A stretch of DNA of 64,000 bases, from positions 64,001 through 128,000 of the IMG/VR virus record IMGVR_UViG_3300025889_000073; one strand, 5' to 3'. The DNA is from a virus. Of this stretch, positions 38,360 to 49,046 are shown one piece after another. Under the pieces are notes generated by a model, which did no database searches, was not told the DNA's origin, and saw only the letters and a program-made list of their open reading frames with translations. Made by a program: the position numbers and the translations under genes. Positions within the stretch are counted from its first letter, which is position 1, and every line of letters begins with the position of its first letter.

Positions 38360-40080
38360 TGTCTACAGATTTAAAAACTTCAGTACACATAAATTATCAA
38401 CTTCCTGAATTTATAAGAGAAGAATATCCTCTGTTTAAATCTTTTATGGAGGCATATTATGAATTTTTGGAAAATAAACAAAATGGAATTGATAATGATT
38501 TAATTACTAGGGGAAAAAATTTAAAAAACATTTCCGATATTGATTTATCTTTAGATGAGTTTGAACAACAATTTATGCAAACTTATGTAAATCTTTTTCC
38601 TCAAAATACTGAAGTCACAAAAGATTTTTTGATTAAAAATGCTTTAGCTTTATACAAAGCAAAAGGTACAGAAAGTTCATTTAAATTTTTATTTCGTTTA
38701 TTATTTAACGAAGAACTTGAATATGAAAGACCTTCAGACAATATATTAAAAACATCTGATGGTCTATGGAAAGTAGAAAATGCATTTAGGGTTCATCTAT
38801 CGGGCAACGAAATTTCTCAAACTATTATAGCTGATGGTGAAACTTTGTACTTTGATATGTTATATTCGTTAATAGATGACCATTGGACATATCGGACATT
38901 ATTTATTGATGGTGTGGATTATGGTGGCCTTTCCCTCGGCGATTCTGTAACACCTGGGTTTTTATATTTTTCCATTCCTGACCAACAAAAGCTTTTTCTC
39001 ATGCAATGGCGTGTAGGTACCCCGATTAACACGCCAGTACCAGAAGGAACAGAACTAAAAATATACTATAACGATTTTCAAAATTTTAATCCAAAAATAT
39101 TTAATAATAAAAAACTTACAGGAGTATATTCTGGAGCTTCTTTTGTTATTGAAGATGCGGTTATAGAAAATTATTTGGAAAACAAAACTATAAAATTTAC
39201 ATTGGACAGTAAAAGTTTAAATGGAAATTTTATTAGAAATGAACCAGTAGAAATATCTACATATAATGATTTTAACAAACCCGTCACGGTTAGATTGAAT
39301 CATTTTTCGGGTATAAAAAATATTAGTATAGATTCTTCTGGACCATATTCAAATTCATATAATGTTGGTGACCAATTGTCTTTTAATACTGGTGAAGATT
39401 TGTGGGTAGATTGGCAACTTGTACAGATTGGATTAGAAAATTATCTTTATAAAAAAACAAAACCAAGTGCGGTTGTTCAGTCTGTTGATTCGTCTGGAAA
39501 AATACAAAGTGTATTACTAACACGTTCTGGCCGTAATATAAATGAAGTTTTTTCTGTAAGTTCTCCTGATTACGGAGATTCAAATGCAAGTTTTACTGCT
39601 TCTTTGACGGACGTTATTGAATCTTTACCAGGAAATTATCATTCAGAAAAAGGTTTGTTATCTTCACCGTACAATAAAATACAATCTCAGACATATTATC
39701 ACAATTATTCTTATATTACAACATCTAAAATTGAATTTAGTAAATATAAAAATATATTTAAAAGTATTTTACATCCAGCTGGATTTCAACAGTATGGTGA
39801 TTGGTATAAATTATCAACTTTGGATGAAAAATCAATTCAAACTGTAGGTGTAACAACAAACACTTTTTCTGGATTGGTTTCGGTTCAAAATAATAGTCCT
39901 TATATTACAGGAATAGGAACAGATTTTACTGCTTCAGTTATTTACTTGCCCGGAACAAATATATCGGTTAACGATGAAGAAAAAACTGTTGTAAGTGTAA
40001 TTGATTCTTCCAATATAGAGGTCGATTCAGTATTCACAGCAAATGCATCTAATCAAGAACTTATGTTACATATTACCTAA
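38359..40080 (+). CDS. gp7: gp7-like baseplate wedge initiator
   Basis: QLPEFIREEYP.F..F.EAYYEFLE, Y.AKGTE.SFKFLFRLLFN, IQ...YY.NYSY, LHPAGF. Confidence 0.8.
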   Translation: MSTDLKTSVHINYQLPEFIREEYPLFKSFMEAYYEFLENKQNGIDNDLITRGKNLKNISDIDLSLDEFEQQFMQTYVNLFPQNTEVTKDFLIKNALALYKAKGTESSFKFLFRLLFNEELEYERPSDNILKTSDGLWKVENAFRVHLSGNEISQTIIADGETLYFDMLYSLIDDHWTYRTLFIDGVDYGGLSLGDSVTPGFLYFSIPDQQKLFLMQWRVGTPINTPVPEGTELKIYYNDFQNFNPKIFNNKKLTGVYSGASFVIEDAVIENYLENKTIKFTLDSKSLNGNFIRNEPVEISTYNDFNKPVTVRLNHFSGIKNISIDSSGPYSNSYNVGDQLSFNTGEDLWVDWQLVQIGLENYLYKKTKPSAVVQSVDSSGKIQSVLLTRSGRNINEVFSVSSPDYGDSNASFTASLTDVIESLPGNYHSEKGLLSSPYNKIQSQTYYHNYSYITTSKIEFSKYKNIFKSILHPAGFQQYGDWYKLSTLDEKSIQTVGVTTNTFSGLVSVQNNSPYITGIGTDFTASVIYLPGTNISVNDEEKTVVSVIDSSNIEVDSVFTANASNQELMLHIT

Positions 40081-40087
40081 TAACGAG

Positions 40088-40095
40088 AATAAATA
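40088..40095 (+). promoter_or_regulatory. T4-type late promoter (AATAAATA) for gp8
   Basis: NATAAATA, 6 nt before ATG 40102. Confidence 0.6.
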
Positions 40096-40101
40096 GAAAT
40101 T

Positions 40102-41667
40102 ATGACATCGAAAACATTTCAATCTTTCAGCTTCAATACAGCTGAGCAATTCAAAGAAAGCTTTTTTGAGGCTGCGCCAACAATTACTTATGTTTTTGTG
40201 GGTAACCACGTTCCTTGGCCGGACGAAAATAATCCTCCTGTCGTTTTAGGTTCTCTTAATTATGAGAAAGATGCCTGGGATAATATGTTTGCTGCAAAGA
40301 AAATCACAGGAAATGACGTTGAATTGGTTGTGCCTTGGGCCGAATGGTTTTCCGGAAATACTTATAAACAGTACGACAATACTTTAGAAACACAAGAACT
40401 GTTGAGTGCAAATACGGATGCAGGTATAGATCAGATGTATGTTATTACTGATGAAAGAAATGTTTATAAATGTCTTAGTAATAATCAAGGTATAGCATCA
40501 ACAACAAAACCATCAGGTGATTATACCTCATCTAACGGCACAATAACTATGGCCGATGGATACATTTGGAAATATATGTTCAATGTTCCAATTTCAAATC
40601 GTTTTTTTGCAAATACTGAATGGTTTCCAGCACCTACAAGTTCAAGTCGGCAAGGTTTTAATGTAGACAGTACTGGTGTTGTTGATGGACAAATAACTAC
40701 TATAGTTGTTGAAAATGAAGGATCAGGTTACAGAAAAGTAAATTCAAATTCAAATCTTTATATTGCTGGTCAAACATCTTTAGGGTTTGCAAATACAAAT
40801 TATATTACTGAAAATATGGCTGTTTCTGGTATTGGTATTCCTGGTGGAACTTACATTACCTCTGTTGATTCTTTAACGAAAACAGTTAATCTTTCAATGG
40901 CAACATATTCTGCTGGCGGTGGCAGCACATCTGGAAATACAATATTCATTACACCAAGATTTTTCATTGAAGGTGATGGCACAGGTTGTGAAATAGAACC
41001 AATATCTAATACCTTAAACTTTTCATCTACAATAGCTTCTATAAATGTAATAAGTTTTGGTACTGGTTATACGAGAGCAAATGTTGTTACTTCTGGCGCC
41101 GGCACAAATTTTTCTGCCAGAGTTATAACTGGTCCTAAATTTGGTCATGCATATAATCCTGCAAAAGAATTAAATGCAAATAATGTTATGGTCAGAGTTA
41201 GAGTAGGAGAATTAGATTCTACTGAAGGTGGATTAATTAGAGATGATACTTCTTTTAGACAAATAGGAATGGTAAGGAATCCATATAAATATGGACAAAC
41301 AGTTACAACAAATAATGAAAATTCTAATACGGTAATTTCTCAAACAACTGATTTGACTGTAGTTTCTGGTTCCGTTTATACACAAAATGAAATTGTTTAT
41401 CAAGGAACAGATTTGGCCAATGCTACATTTTCTGGTTTCTTACAATCGGAAGAAAGTAATGTTTTAAAAATTACTAGAGTAAAAGGAACTCCAGCAATAG
41501 GAACAGCTGTTGTTGGAGAAACATCAGGTACTTCCAGGTCTTTACTTTCTATTAAAAATCCAGAGTTTGAACCTTATTCTGGTGCTGTGATATATATGGA
41601 AAATAATGAGAAAGTGGAAAGAACAGAAGGTCAATCAGAAATAATAAAATTTGTCGTTAGATTTTAG
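40102..41667 (+). CDS. gp8: gp8 baseplate wedge subunit
   Basis: W.DENNPP, MFAAKKI, YVITDERNVYKCL.NN, DGYIWKYMF, FRQIG...NP, SG.VIY.EN, E.IK.V..F. Confidence 0.9.
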   Translation: MTSKTFQSFSFNTAEQFKESFFEAAPTITYVFVGNHVPWPDENNPPVVLGSLNYEKDAWDNMFAAKKITGNDVELVVPWAEWFSGNTYKQYDNTLETQELLSANTDAGIDQMYVITDERNVYKCLSNNQGIASTTKPSGDYTSSNGTITMADGYIWKYMFNVPISNRFFANTEWFPAPTSSSRQGFNVDSTGVVDGQITTIVVENEGSGYRKVNSNSNLYIAGQTSLGFANTNYITENMAVSGIGIPGGTYITSVDSLTKTVNLSMATYSAGGGSTSGNTIFITPRFFIEGDGTGCEIEPISNTLNFSSTIASINVISFGTGYTRANVVTSGAGTNFSARVITGPKFGHAYNPAKELNANNVMVRVRVGELDSTEGGLIRDDTSFRQIGMVRNPYKYGQTVTTNNENSNTVISQTTDLTVVSGSVYTQNEIVYQGTDLANATFSGFLQSEESNVLKITRVKGTPAIGTAVVGETSGTSRSLLSIKNPEFEPYSGAVIYMENNEKVERTEGQSEIIKFVVRF

Positions 41668-41675
41668 GAAAAAAT

Positions 41676-44600
41676 ATGGCACTTGTACAAAACTTTAATG
41701 TAAATCCTTATTACGATGATTATGACGAAGATAAAAAATTTCTTCGTATGTTGTTTCGTCCAGGTTATTCTGTTCAAGCAAGAGAACTAACTCAATTACA
41801 AACTATTTTACAAAAACAAGTAGAAAGATTTGGTAATCACATTTTCACAAGCGGTTCAACAGTTTCAGGCGCAGAAATTCAAATTTCAACCAGTCGTGTT
41901 TATCATAAATTAGAAACAACAACCAGTGCCGGGAATGCTATTGATGTCAATAACTTTCTAGGTAAAACAATAGGAAATGCTCATGCTTTGGCTTCTGGTG
42001 GAGGTTTAGGTAAAGTAATTGCTGTTTTTGAAGCAGAAGGCTCCGACCCTCCCACAATTATTGTTTCCTACACTACAGGTTTAGAATTGGTTGATGGTGA
42101 AACATTCTTCACAATCGATGATGATTTATTTGAAGCACGTTTAGTTTCTTCAAGCTCTTCTGGTAAATGTTCTGTCTGTCAAGTTGGTGAAGGAATTCTT
42201 TACATTGAAGGTTTTTTTGTTAAAATTAATCCTCAAACATTAGTACTAGACAAATATACTAATGATAGTACATATCGTGTTGGTATTCAATATGATGAGT
42301 ACATAGTTGATTCTGCTTCAGACACATCACTTTTAGACCCGGCTCTAAACGCTTCAAATTATCAAGCTCCTGGTGCAAACAGATATAAAGTTGAATTAAC
42401 TTTAGCAAAAAGATTAATTAATTCTACAGATGATACGAAGTTTTTTGAGTTTAAAAGAATTATAAATGGTGAAACTACCAAAACAAGAGATAGTACAATT
42501 TATTCAGACCTATTGAATTATATGGCTGAAAGAACTTATGATGAATCTGGTAATTATACAGTAAATCCATTTAAAATTTATTTAAAAGACCATGTTCCTG
42601 CAATTGGAGGAACTTCTGATGAAACCAAATTTACAGCAAAATTGAGTGAAGGTCATGCATACGTTAGAGGATATTCTGTTGGTAAAAAATCTTCAACAAA
42701 TTTGACTATAGATAAAGCAAGAGATGTTCAATCTGTACAGAATTATAATATTAATACACCTTATGGAAATTATTTAACTGTTGCTAATACAAAAGGTTTA
42801 TTTGATATTAGTGAAATGGCTACATATGATTTACATATTGTTCAGCCTCAACAACTAGAATTAGCAAATACGAGAACTTATGAAAATTCAAAAATTGGAA
42901 CAACTCGTATTAGAGAAATTGAATATGATTCTGCTGTTGATACTACTAATGGTGAAACACACAAACACCGCCTATATCTATTTGACACGAGATTTATTCC
43001 ATTTACAGGAAATCCAGTTGCAGCAACAACAAATTCAATAACATTACCGCTAAATGGTTATTCTTCTGCTGTTACTAATGCATATGTTGGTGCTACAATA
43101 AGAATTTCTGCCGGTACCGGTGCTGATAATGTAAAACACACCATTACTTCATATGCACCAGTAACAAGAATAGCAACAATTGAAGATAACTTTTCAACAA
43201 CACCAACTTCAGGTTCAACATTTGTTATTGATTATAATATTAAAGATATTGAATCAGTAGCTAAAATAAATGCTGCTGTTAAAATTATTAGTTCTGCTAA
43301 TGTTGCTAATGCTAATAAAGTTGATTCTTTAGCTTCTGGAGATACTTTTTATTCTGAAACGGATGGTAAAGGTTTGGTCTTTAGAGTTCCTCAAAGTTTT
43401 GTTGAATTTGGAATGACAGATAAACAGTTCAGAGGAAAATATGTTTGGAAAAACGTACAAGTTACTTCTGGTCTTGCCTCAATATCAACAGGTTCAATAT
43501 CAGCAACAAATTTGACAAACAGAGCTTTTGTTGGTACCGGTGGTTTATCGGATTCTGTAAAAAGAGAACATTTTATTGTGACCGCAAATACAATGGGTGC
43601 AGCTACAGCATTTACAAATGGTGAATTGATTCCAATGGATAGTTCACTAACAAGGAATATTAGTGTTAGTCCGTCAACAACTGCATCATTTAATTTTAAC
43701 ACCTCTCAAAACTTTACTGTTGATATTGTAGCTACTGTTGATTTTAACTCGGCAGAACAGAAAACAAAAACACTTGTTACTGCCAATACAACAGTTGTTG
43801 GACCAGGAACTTCTTATTCTGTAGGAGGTTCAACTGTTTATCCTGACGATGGACAAATAGCAATACCCACACCAAATAAAATTCCAGGAAGTTCAGACAG
43901 TTTGTATACATCTGATATTTTTAAATTGGAAGGAAAATTTCAAGAAGAATATGGATATTTTTCCACAATTACAGGCGGAATTACAAAACGCAGTTCATTT
44001 AGAGTTATCGATTCTTTAAATATATCTAATCCAGTTTCAAATGCAGATTTGTCTGACACTTCTAAAGACATTACAGATAGATATATTTTAAATGATGGTC
44101 AAAGAGATGAATATTATGACCACGGTTCAATTACATTGAGACCTGGTTTTCCTCCACCAACAGGACAAATATTGGTATTATTTAATTATTTTGACCACGG
44201 TAGTGGTACAACAGGTTATTTTAATTTAGATTCCTATAATCAAAACACTTCTTTAGATTCAGTAGAATCAGTAAGATACGCTAAGATTCCTTTGTTTAGA
44301 AGTCCAACTTCAGGAAAAACATACAAGTTAAGAGATTGTATTGATTTTAGACCTAGAAGAACAGATAGAGACACAAGTATACCTAATTTCGAATTGACTG
44401 GTATATCTATACCCAAGTCTGGTGAATCTTTGGATTGTGATTATTCTTATTATTTACCTAGAATAGACAGAATCGTTATTCGAGATGATTTGAAATTTGA
44501 TGTTATTAGAGGAATACCTGCTATAACTCCTCAAACACCAAACGAGCCACCAAACGCAATGACATTGTATACGTTGAGTGTTTTTCCATTTACATTTTTT

Positions 44601-46937
44601 CCAACAGTTGATACTCAAGTTAAATATGTCGAAAATAAACGATATACGATGCGTGACATTGGTAAGTTAGAAAAGCGTATTAGTAATTTGGAATATTATA
44701 CATCTTTAAATACTTTAGAAAAATCTACTCAAGACTTAACGGTTTTGGATAGTAACGGATTAGAAAGATTTAAAAATGGTATTTTAGTTGATGCTTTTAG
44801 AGGACACCAAGTTGGTGACGTTACTAATTTAGATTACAAATGTTCAATTAATGCTAAAGGTGGAGAATTAAGGCCTTCGTTTACACAAAAGGGTTATAAT
44901 TTTCAAGTCAATACTTCAATAAGTACTGTAACGACACATTCTGGTGTTATTTCTTCACCAGCTTACACAATTCAACCTTTAATAGAACAGAATATAGCCT
45001 CAAAGAGTTTATCTGTTAATCCTTTCACACTCAATAATTATATTGGCACAATTAAATTTTGGCCTGCTGGAGATTTTTGGATTGATACAGAGACTAGGCC
45101 AGATGTTTTAATTAATTTAGATGGCGAAAATGATGCTTGGGAAGCAATTGGTGCTGCATTTGAAGATTTACGGCCAGCTGGTTTTGAACAGAATTGGGAT
45201 CCTTGGAGTGCAAATTTTGCTGGTAAATATCAAGAAGACACCGTAACTACAACACAAGATTATTCAGAAGGTTATTTAGATTATCAAGACACAATTGAAA
45301 CTACTTATGGTATTCAATATTATTCTAGAGAAAGAACTGGTACACAAAACACTATTGTTCCCGAAAGAGTATATGCTGATATTGGTAGAAGGCAAGTAGA
45401 TTTGAGTGTCATACCTTATATTAGAGAACAATACATTTACGCTAAAGTTACTGGATTAAAACCTAACATTTATCATTACATTTATGGTGAACAAGGTGAT
45501 GATGATGACACAAAATATTTTGAACATCCTTCGGTTGCTTGGTTATATGATGTTAATGGTATTTTTAATGATAAGTATGGAATTTTTGAAGAAGTGACAT
45601 CCAGTAGTGGAGGAACGGCAAGGGTCATGAAAGCTTCAACAAGAAGTTGGTCATTGGAAAGTCCATTCATATATCTTTCTGATGTTAGAGGTGATTGGAA
45701 TCTAAATGACACAATTACTGGTTCTGTTAGTGGAAGTACTGCAAAAATTGATGTTATGTTTTGGAATAATGGTAACGTCATTTCTTCTGGTGCTAACACA
45801 TTAGAGATGGGTTCAGGTGCTCCATACGATGACCTTTATGTTGATGTTCCAGCCGAATATGCAGGATTAACATTCAATTCTGGTTCCAAAACTTTAGAAG
45901 ATGCAAAAACCGTTAATGAATTTTATAACGTAAGAATTATTTCGGGTACAGGTATTGGTCAACAAAGAACAATTACTGCATATAATGGAACAACAAAAGT
46001 TGCGACATTAGATTCCAATTGGGATGTTCAACCTGATAGCACTTCTAGATGGTCGGTCGGTAGATTGCAATCGGATGACCACGGTGAATGCCACGGCAGA
46101 TGGTTTTTACCAAATTATTCACCCACAACATATGATAACGGTAGACGATATTTAACAGGAACTAGATTAATCAGATTCACAGATTCTTATTTAAATAATC
46201 CTTTAGCTTGTTCATCTATGGCAGAAGAAAATTGGATTGCTCAAGGTGTTTTGAATACTGTTGAAAATGTAACAGTTTCTGTTCGTGTACCAACAATTGT
46301 ACCTGTGCAAATTTATGACCTGGAAGAAAATTATACATACGAATCTTCGGTTGTTGATACTGAAGTTGTGGGTACAGTTTTAGTTAAAGATCGTACTCCG
46401 CCGCCTCCATCAGCAGGTAGTGGATGTAAAATTATCTGTGCTCAAATGTCCGATTTAGGATTTTTCTCGCCTGAAATCAATGATGCGGACCAAAGATTTG
46501 GCAGAAGATTACAAAGAAGATTTCCAAGAATTTATAATGGATACGTTTATTGGGCAAAAACTATTGTTGATTGGAACAAAGGAAAAGGTCCAAATCTGTA
46601 TCTTTGGGACATGAAAGATAATGGTGAAATGCAAAAAAATATTTCTTTGTATATGACACAGGAGTTAGCAAGACCTTGGTCGCAAGAAATGGCCAAATTG
46701 GAAGGAGTTAAAACAAACACCTCGATTACAGGTAAATTTATATTCTGGTTTGGTTTCTTAATCTCTGCTCTTGTCGGTTTATTTAAGCCTGATATAACAA
46801 AATCGGATTCTAAACTAAAAGGTTATACAATTTTGACCATTATGTTGACAATGTTTACCGCAATTAAATTTGTCAAGTTAATCGGTAAACCATTTGGTTT
46901 TTTAAAAAATTTAAAACAAAAATTAATTAGGAATTAA
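41676..46937 (+). CDS. VrlC/DUF4815-like large virion protein (N-terminal part) with C-terminal 'CKIIC' plus TM extension
   Basis: NFNVNPYYDDYDE.K.F..LFRPG.SVQARELTQLQTILQ.Q, APGANRY, ERTYDESGNY, YYLPRID, NKRYTMRDIGKLEKRI.NLEYYTSL, RFKNG..VD.F. Confidence 0.85.
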   Translation: MALVQNFNVNPYYDDYDEDKKFLRMLFRPGYSVQARELTQLQTILQKQVERFGNHIFTSGSTVSGAEIQISTSRVYHKLETTTSAGNAIDVNNFLGKTIGNAHALASGGGLGKVIAVFEAEGSDPPTIIVSYTTGLELVDGETFFTIDDDLFEARLVSSSSSGKCSVCQVGEGILYIEGFFVKINPQTLVLDKYTNDSTYRVGIQYDEYIVDSASDTSLLDPALNASNYQAPGANRYKVELTLAKRLINSTDDTKFFEFKRIINGETTKTRDSTIYSDLLNYMAERTYDESGNYTVNPFKIYLKDHVPAIGGTSDETKFTAKLSEGHAYVRGYSVGKKSSTNLTIDKARDVQSVQNYNINTPYGNYLTVANTKGLFDISEMATYDLHIVQPQQLELANTRTYENSKIGTTRIREIEYDSAVDTTNGETHKHRLYLFDTRFIPFTGNPVAATTNSITLPLNGYSSAVTNAYVGATIRISAGTGADNVKHTITSYAPVTRIATIEDNFSTTPTSGSTFVIDYNIKDIESVAKINAAVKIISSANVANANKVDSLASGDTFYSETDGKGLVFRVPQSFVEFGMTDKQFRGKYVWKNVQVTSGLASISTGSISATNLTNRAFVGTGGLSDSVKREHFIVTANTMGAATAFTNGELIPMDSSLTRNISVSPSTTASFNFNTSQNFTVDIVATVDFNSAEQKTKTLVTANTTVVGPGTSYSVGGSTVYPDDGQIAIPTPNKIPGSSDSLYTSDIFKLEGKFQEEYGYFSTITGGITKRSSFRVIDSLNISNPVSNADLSDTSKDITDRYILNDGQRDEYYDHGSITLRPGFPPPTGQILVLFNYFDHGSGTTGYFNLDSYNQNTSLDSVESVRYAKIPLFRSPTSGKTYKLRDCIDFRPRRTDRDTSIPNFELTGISIPKSGESLDCDYSYYLPRIDRIVIRDDLKFDVIRGIPAITPQTPNEPPNAMTLYTLSVFPFTFFPTVDTQVKYVENKRYTMRDIGKLEKRISNLEYYTSLNTLEKSTQDLTVLDSNGLERFKNGILVDAFRGHQVGDVTNLDYKCSINAKGGELRPSFTQKGYNFQVNTSISTVTTHSGVISSPAYTIQPLIEQNIASKSLSVNPFTLNNYIGTIKFWPAGDFWIDTETRPDVLINLDGENDAWEAIGAAFEDLRPAGFEQNWDPWSANFAGKYQEDTVTTTQDYSEGYLDYQDTIETTYGIQYYSRERTGTQNTIVPERVYADIGRRQVDLSVIPYIREQYIYAKVTGLKPNIYHYIYGEQGDDDDTKYFEHPSVAWLYDVNGIFNDKYGIFEEVTSSSGGTARVMKASTRSWSLESPFIYLSDVRGDWNLNDTITGSVSGSTAKIDVMFWNNGNVISSGANTLEMGSGAPYDDLYVDVPAEYAGLTFNSGSKTLEDAKTVNEFYNVRIISGTGIGQQRTITAYNGTTKVATLDSNWDVQPDSTSRWSVGRLQSDDHGECHGRWFLPNYSPTTYDNGRRYLTGTRLIRFTDSYLNNPLACSSMAEENWIAQGVLNTVENVTVSVRVPTIVPVQIYDLEENYTYESSVVDTEVVGTVLVKDRTPPPPSAGSGCKIICAQMSDLGFFSPEINDADQRFGRRLQRRFPRIYNGYVYWAKTIVDWNKGKGPNLYLWDMKDNGEMQKNISLYMTQELARPWSQEMAKLEGVKTNTSITGKFIFWFGFLISALVGLFKPDITKSDSKLKGYTILTIMLTMFTAIKFVKLIGKPFGFLKNLKQKLIRN

Positions 46938-46938
46938 T

Positions 46939-48474
46939 ATGGCCGGATTTATTGACCCAGTAGCGCAAACATTTTTTGTTGATGCAGGACTTCATCGTAA
47001 AGGTGTTTATGTGCATAGTGTTGATTTGGTGTTTTATAGAAAAGACACCACAACTTATCAACCTTTTAAACTACAATTAAGACCTACAGTTAATGGTTAT
47101 CCACATTCTTCTATGATACACAGTAGTGCTTCTTTAGGTGAAGTTTCTTTGTTGCCTGAAGATATTAATATCGTAGATTTGGAGACTACAGTTCCCAATT
47201 TGAATAATTCGAATCATTATACTAGATTTGTATTTGGAGCTCCTGTACACTTATTACCTGGTGAACACGCTATAGTGATGTATACAAATTCAGATAATTA
47301 TTCGGTGTATGTTTCCGAAATTGGAGATGTTAGATTAGGCGATACAACAGGAAGAAGAATTGATAAACAGCCTTATGTTGGTTCTTTTTTCAAATCCCAA
47401 AACGGTTCAACGTATACAGCTTCACAAGAAATTGACTTAATGTTTAGAGTTAATTTTTGTCAATTTTCAAATGTTCAAAAAGTTCTTTATGCTGACAATG
47501 TTTTTCCAGAAGCTAATTTAGAATATGATATTGTAAAATTAACTTCACGAGATTTAAGTTTTCAAAATACCAGTATAAGTTATTCTTATTTGGGTACATC
47601 AAATACAACTTTGACATTAGGTTCCACTTACGATGATATCATTTTAGAAAAAGATGATTATTTAAATGAACGTAATATAGTATTAAATGACAAGCTTTCA
47701 TTTCGAATTAAAGCTTTAATGAGTACAGAAGACCCAGATGTTGCTCCAATTGTTGATGTTGAAGGATTAGGACTCATTTCAACAAAATATCATATCAATG
47801 ATTGTGGATTGCAAGCGTCTAATTTTTCCATTACAAATCCTGGTTCTGGTTATTCAGCTAATGTTAATTTAACTATTACAGGTTTAAATGGCCAAGGTTC
47901 TGGAGCTGTTGCTAAAGGTGTATACAATTCCGTAACAGGAAAAATTGATAGTGTTGAAGTAACCAATCCTGGAAGTGGATATGTTGATGGTATAACAGTA
48001 ACTCCGGCATCAGGTTCTGCTACGTTTTATATTGAATCAGAATTAGATAATAAAGGTGGCCCAGCTTTGGCTAGATACATTACAAGAAATGTAACTTTAA
48101 ATGATGGTTTTGATGCTAATTATATTAGAGTTATATTAGATGGTTATCAACCTCAAGACTCTACAATAGAAGTGTATTATAGAGTTTTAGCTGATGAGGA
48201 TCCAACATTTTTTACAGATAGACCTTATGTTAGAATGAGAAATGTTCAACAAGGCAATGAAAATTTATTAAATTCTACAAGAGCTTCTATTCCAGGACAA
48301 TTTATAGAATATCTGTTTATACCTGAAACCGATGACACTTCTTATATTAGTAATCAAAATGGTATTTTATATAATACATTCAAAACATTTTCTATTAAAA
48401 TTGTTATGAGAACTGCAAATCCTGCTCGAACTCCTATAATTAAAAACTTGAGAGTATTGGCATTAGCACCATGA
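46939..48474 (+). CDS. VrlC/DUF4815-like C-terminal part encoded as a separate gene
   Basis: Begins DPVAQTFFV; QPYVGSFFKSQNGSTY..Q..DL.F, ARYITR.V.L, F.TF.IKIVM...P.IK.LR..ALA. Confidence 0.8.
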   Translation: MAGFIDPVAQTFFVDAGLHRKGVYVHSVDLVFYRKDTTTYQPFKLQLRPTVNGYPHSSMIHSSASLGEVSLLPEDINIVDLETTVPNLNNSNHYTRFVFGAPVHLLPGEHAIVMYTNSDNYSVYVSEIGDVRLGDTTGRRIDKQPYVGSFFKSQNGSTYTASQEIDLMFRVNFCQFSNVQKVLYADNVFPEANLEYDIVKLTSRDLSFQNTSISYSYLGTSNTTLTLGSTYDDIILEKDDYLNERNIVLNDKLSFRIKALMSTEDPDVAPIVDVEGLGLISTKYHINDCGLQASNFSITNPGSGYSANVNLTITGLNGQGSGAVAKGVYNSVTGKIDSVEVTNPGSGYVDGITVTPASGSATFYIESELDNKGGPALARYITRNVTLNDGFDANYIRVILDGYQPQDSTIEVYYRVLADEDPTFFTDRPYVRMRNVQQGNENLLNSTRASIPGQFIEYLFIPETDDTSYISNQNGILYNTFKTFSIKIVMRTANPARTPIIKNLRVLALAP

Positions 48475-48713
48475 GTACCGTAGATAATACAATTGTTGTA
48501 CAAACAGAAGATAAAAATCTTTTAAGAGATACTAACTCTAAAGGATTGTTGTTTAATAATAAAGCAGAATTGCAAAAATATCAATCTAGAAAAAACTTTA
48601 TGGCCAGTATTAAACAAGAGAAAATGCAAGAGAATTCTAGAATACAAAAATTAGAAAATGAAATGAGTGAAATTAAAAACTTACTTCTTCAACTAATAGA
48701 AAAAGAGAAATAA
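48471..48713 (+). CDS. Small coiled-coil hypothetical protein
   Basis: L.RD..SKGLL.N; C-terminal LENEMSEIKNLL.QL coil; typical post-VrlC position. Confidence 0.7.
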   Translation: MSTVDNTIVVQTEDKNLLRDTNSKGLLFNNKAELQKYQSRKNFMASIKQEKMQENSRIQKLENEMSEIKNLLLQLIEKEK

Positions 48714-49043
48714 ATGGCCGGATATTCAGAACTTACGATAGAACAAGGAGCCACGTTTTCTACTGATATCACAATAAGTGAACCATCAGGAGACCCTATA
48801 AATTTGTCTGATTACACAGCTTCTTCTCAAATGAGAAAATCTTATTATTCAAATACTGCGGTTTCTTTAAACGCAACAGTTTCAAACCCCACTTCTGGAA
48901 TAGTTACAATTGGATTAACTGCGGCTCAATCGGCAAATGTTAATCCAGGAAGATATGTTTATGATGTAATTATTACTCGAAATTCTAATGTTACCAGAGT
49001 GGTTGAGGGTATTATAACGGTGTTGCCATCAGTAACGAGGTAA
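48714..49043 (+). CDS. Small Ig-like virion/baseplate adaptor protein
   Basis: MAGY.EL.IEQGATF, YTA.SQMRKSY, LTA.Q..GRYVYDV, TRVVEG..TV.PSVTR. Confidence 0.7.
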   Translation: MAGYSELTIEQGATFSTDITISEPSGDPINLSDYTASSQMRKSYYSNTAVSLNATVSNPTSGIVTIGLTAAQSANVNPGRYVYDVIITRNSNVTRVVEGIITVLPSVTR

Positions 49044-49046
49044 AAA

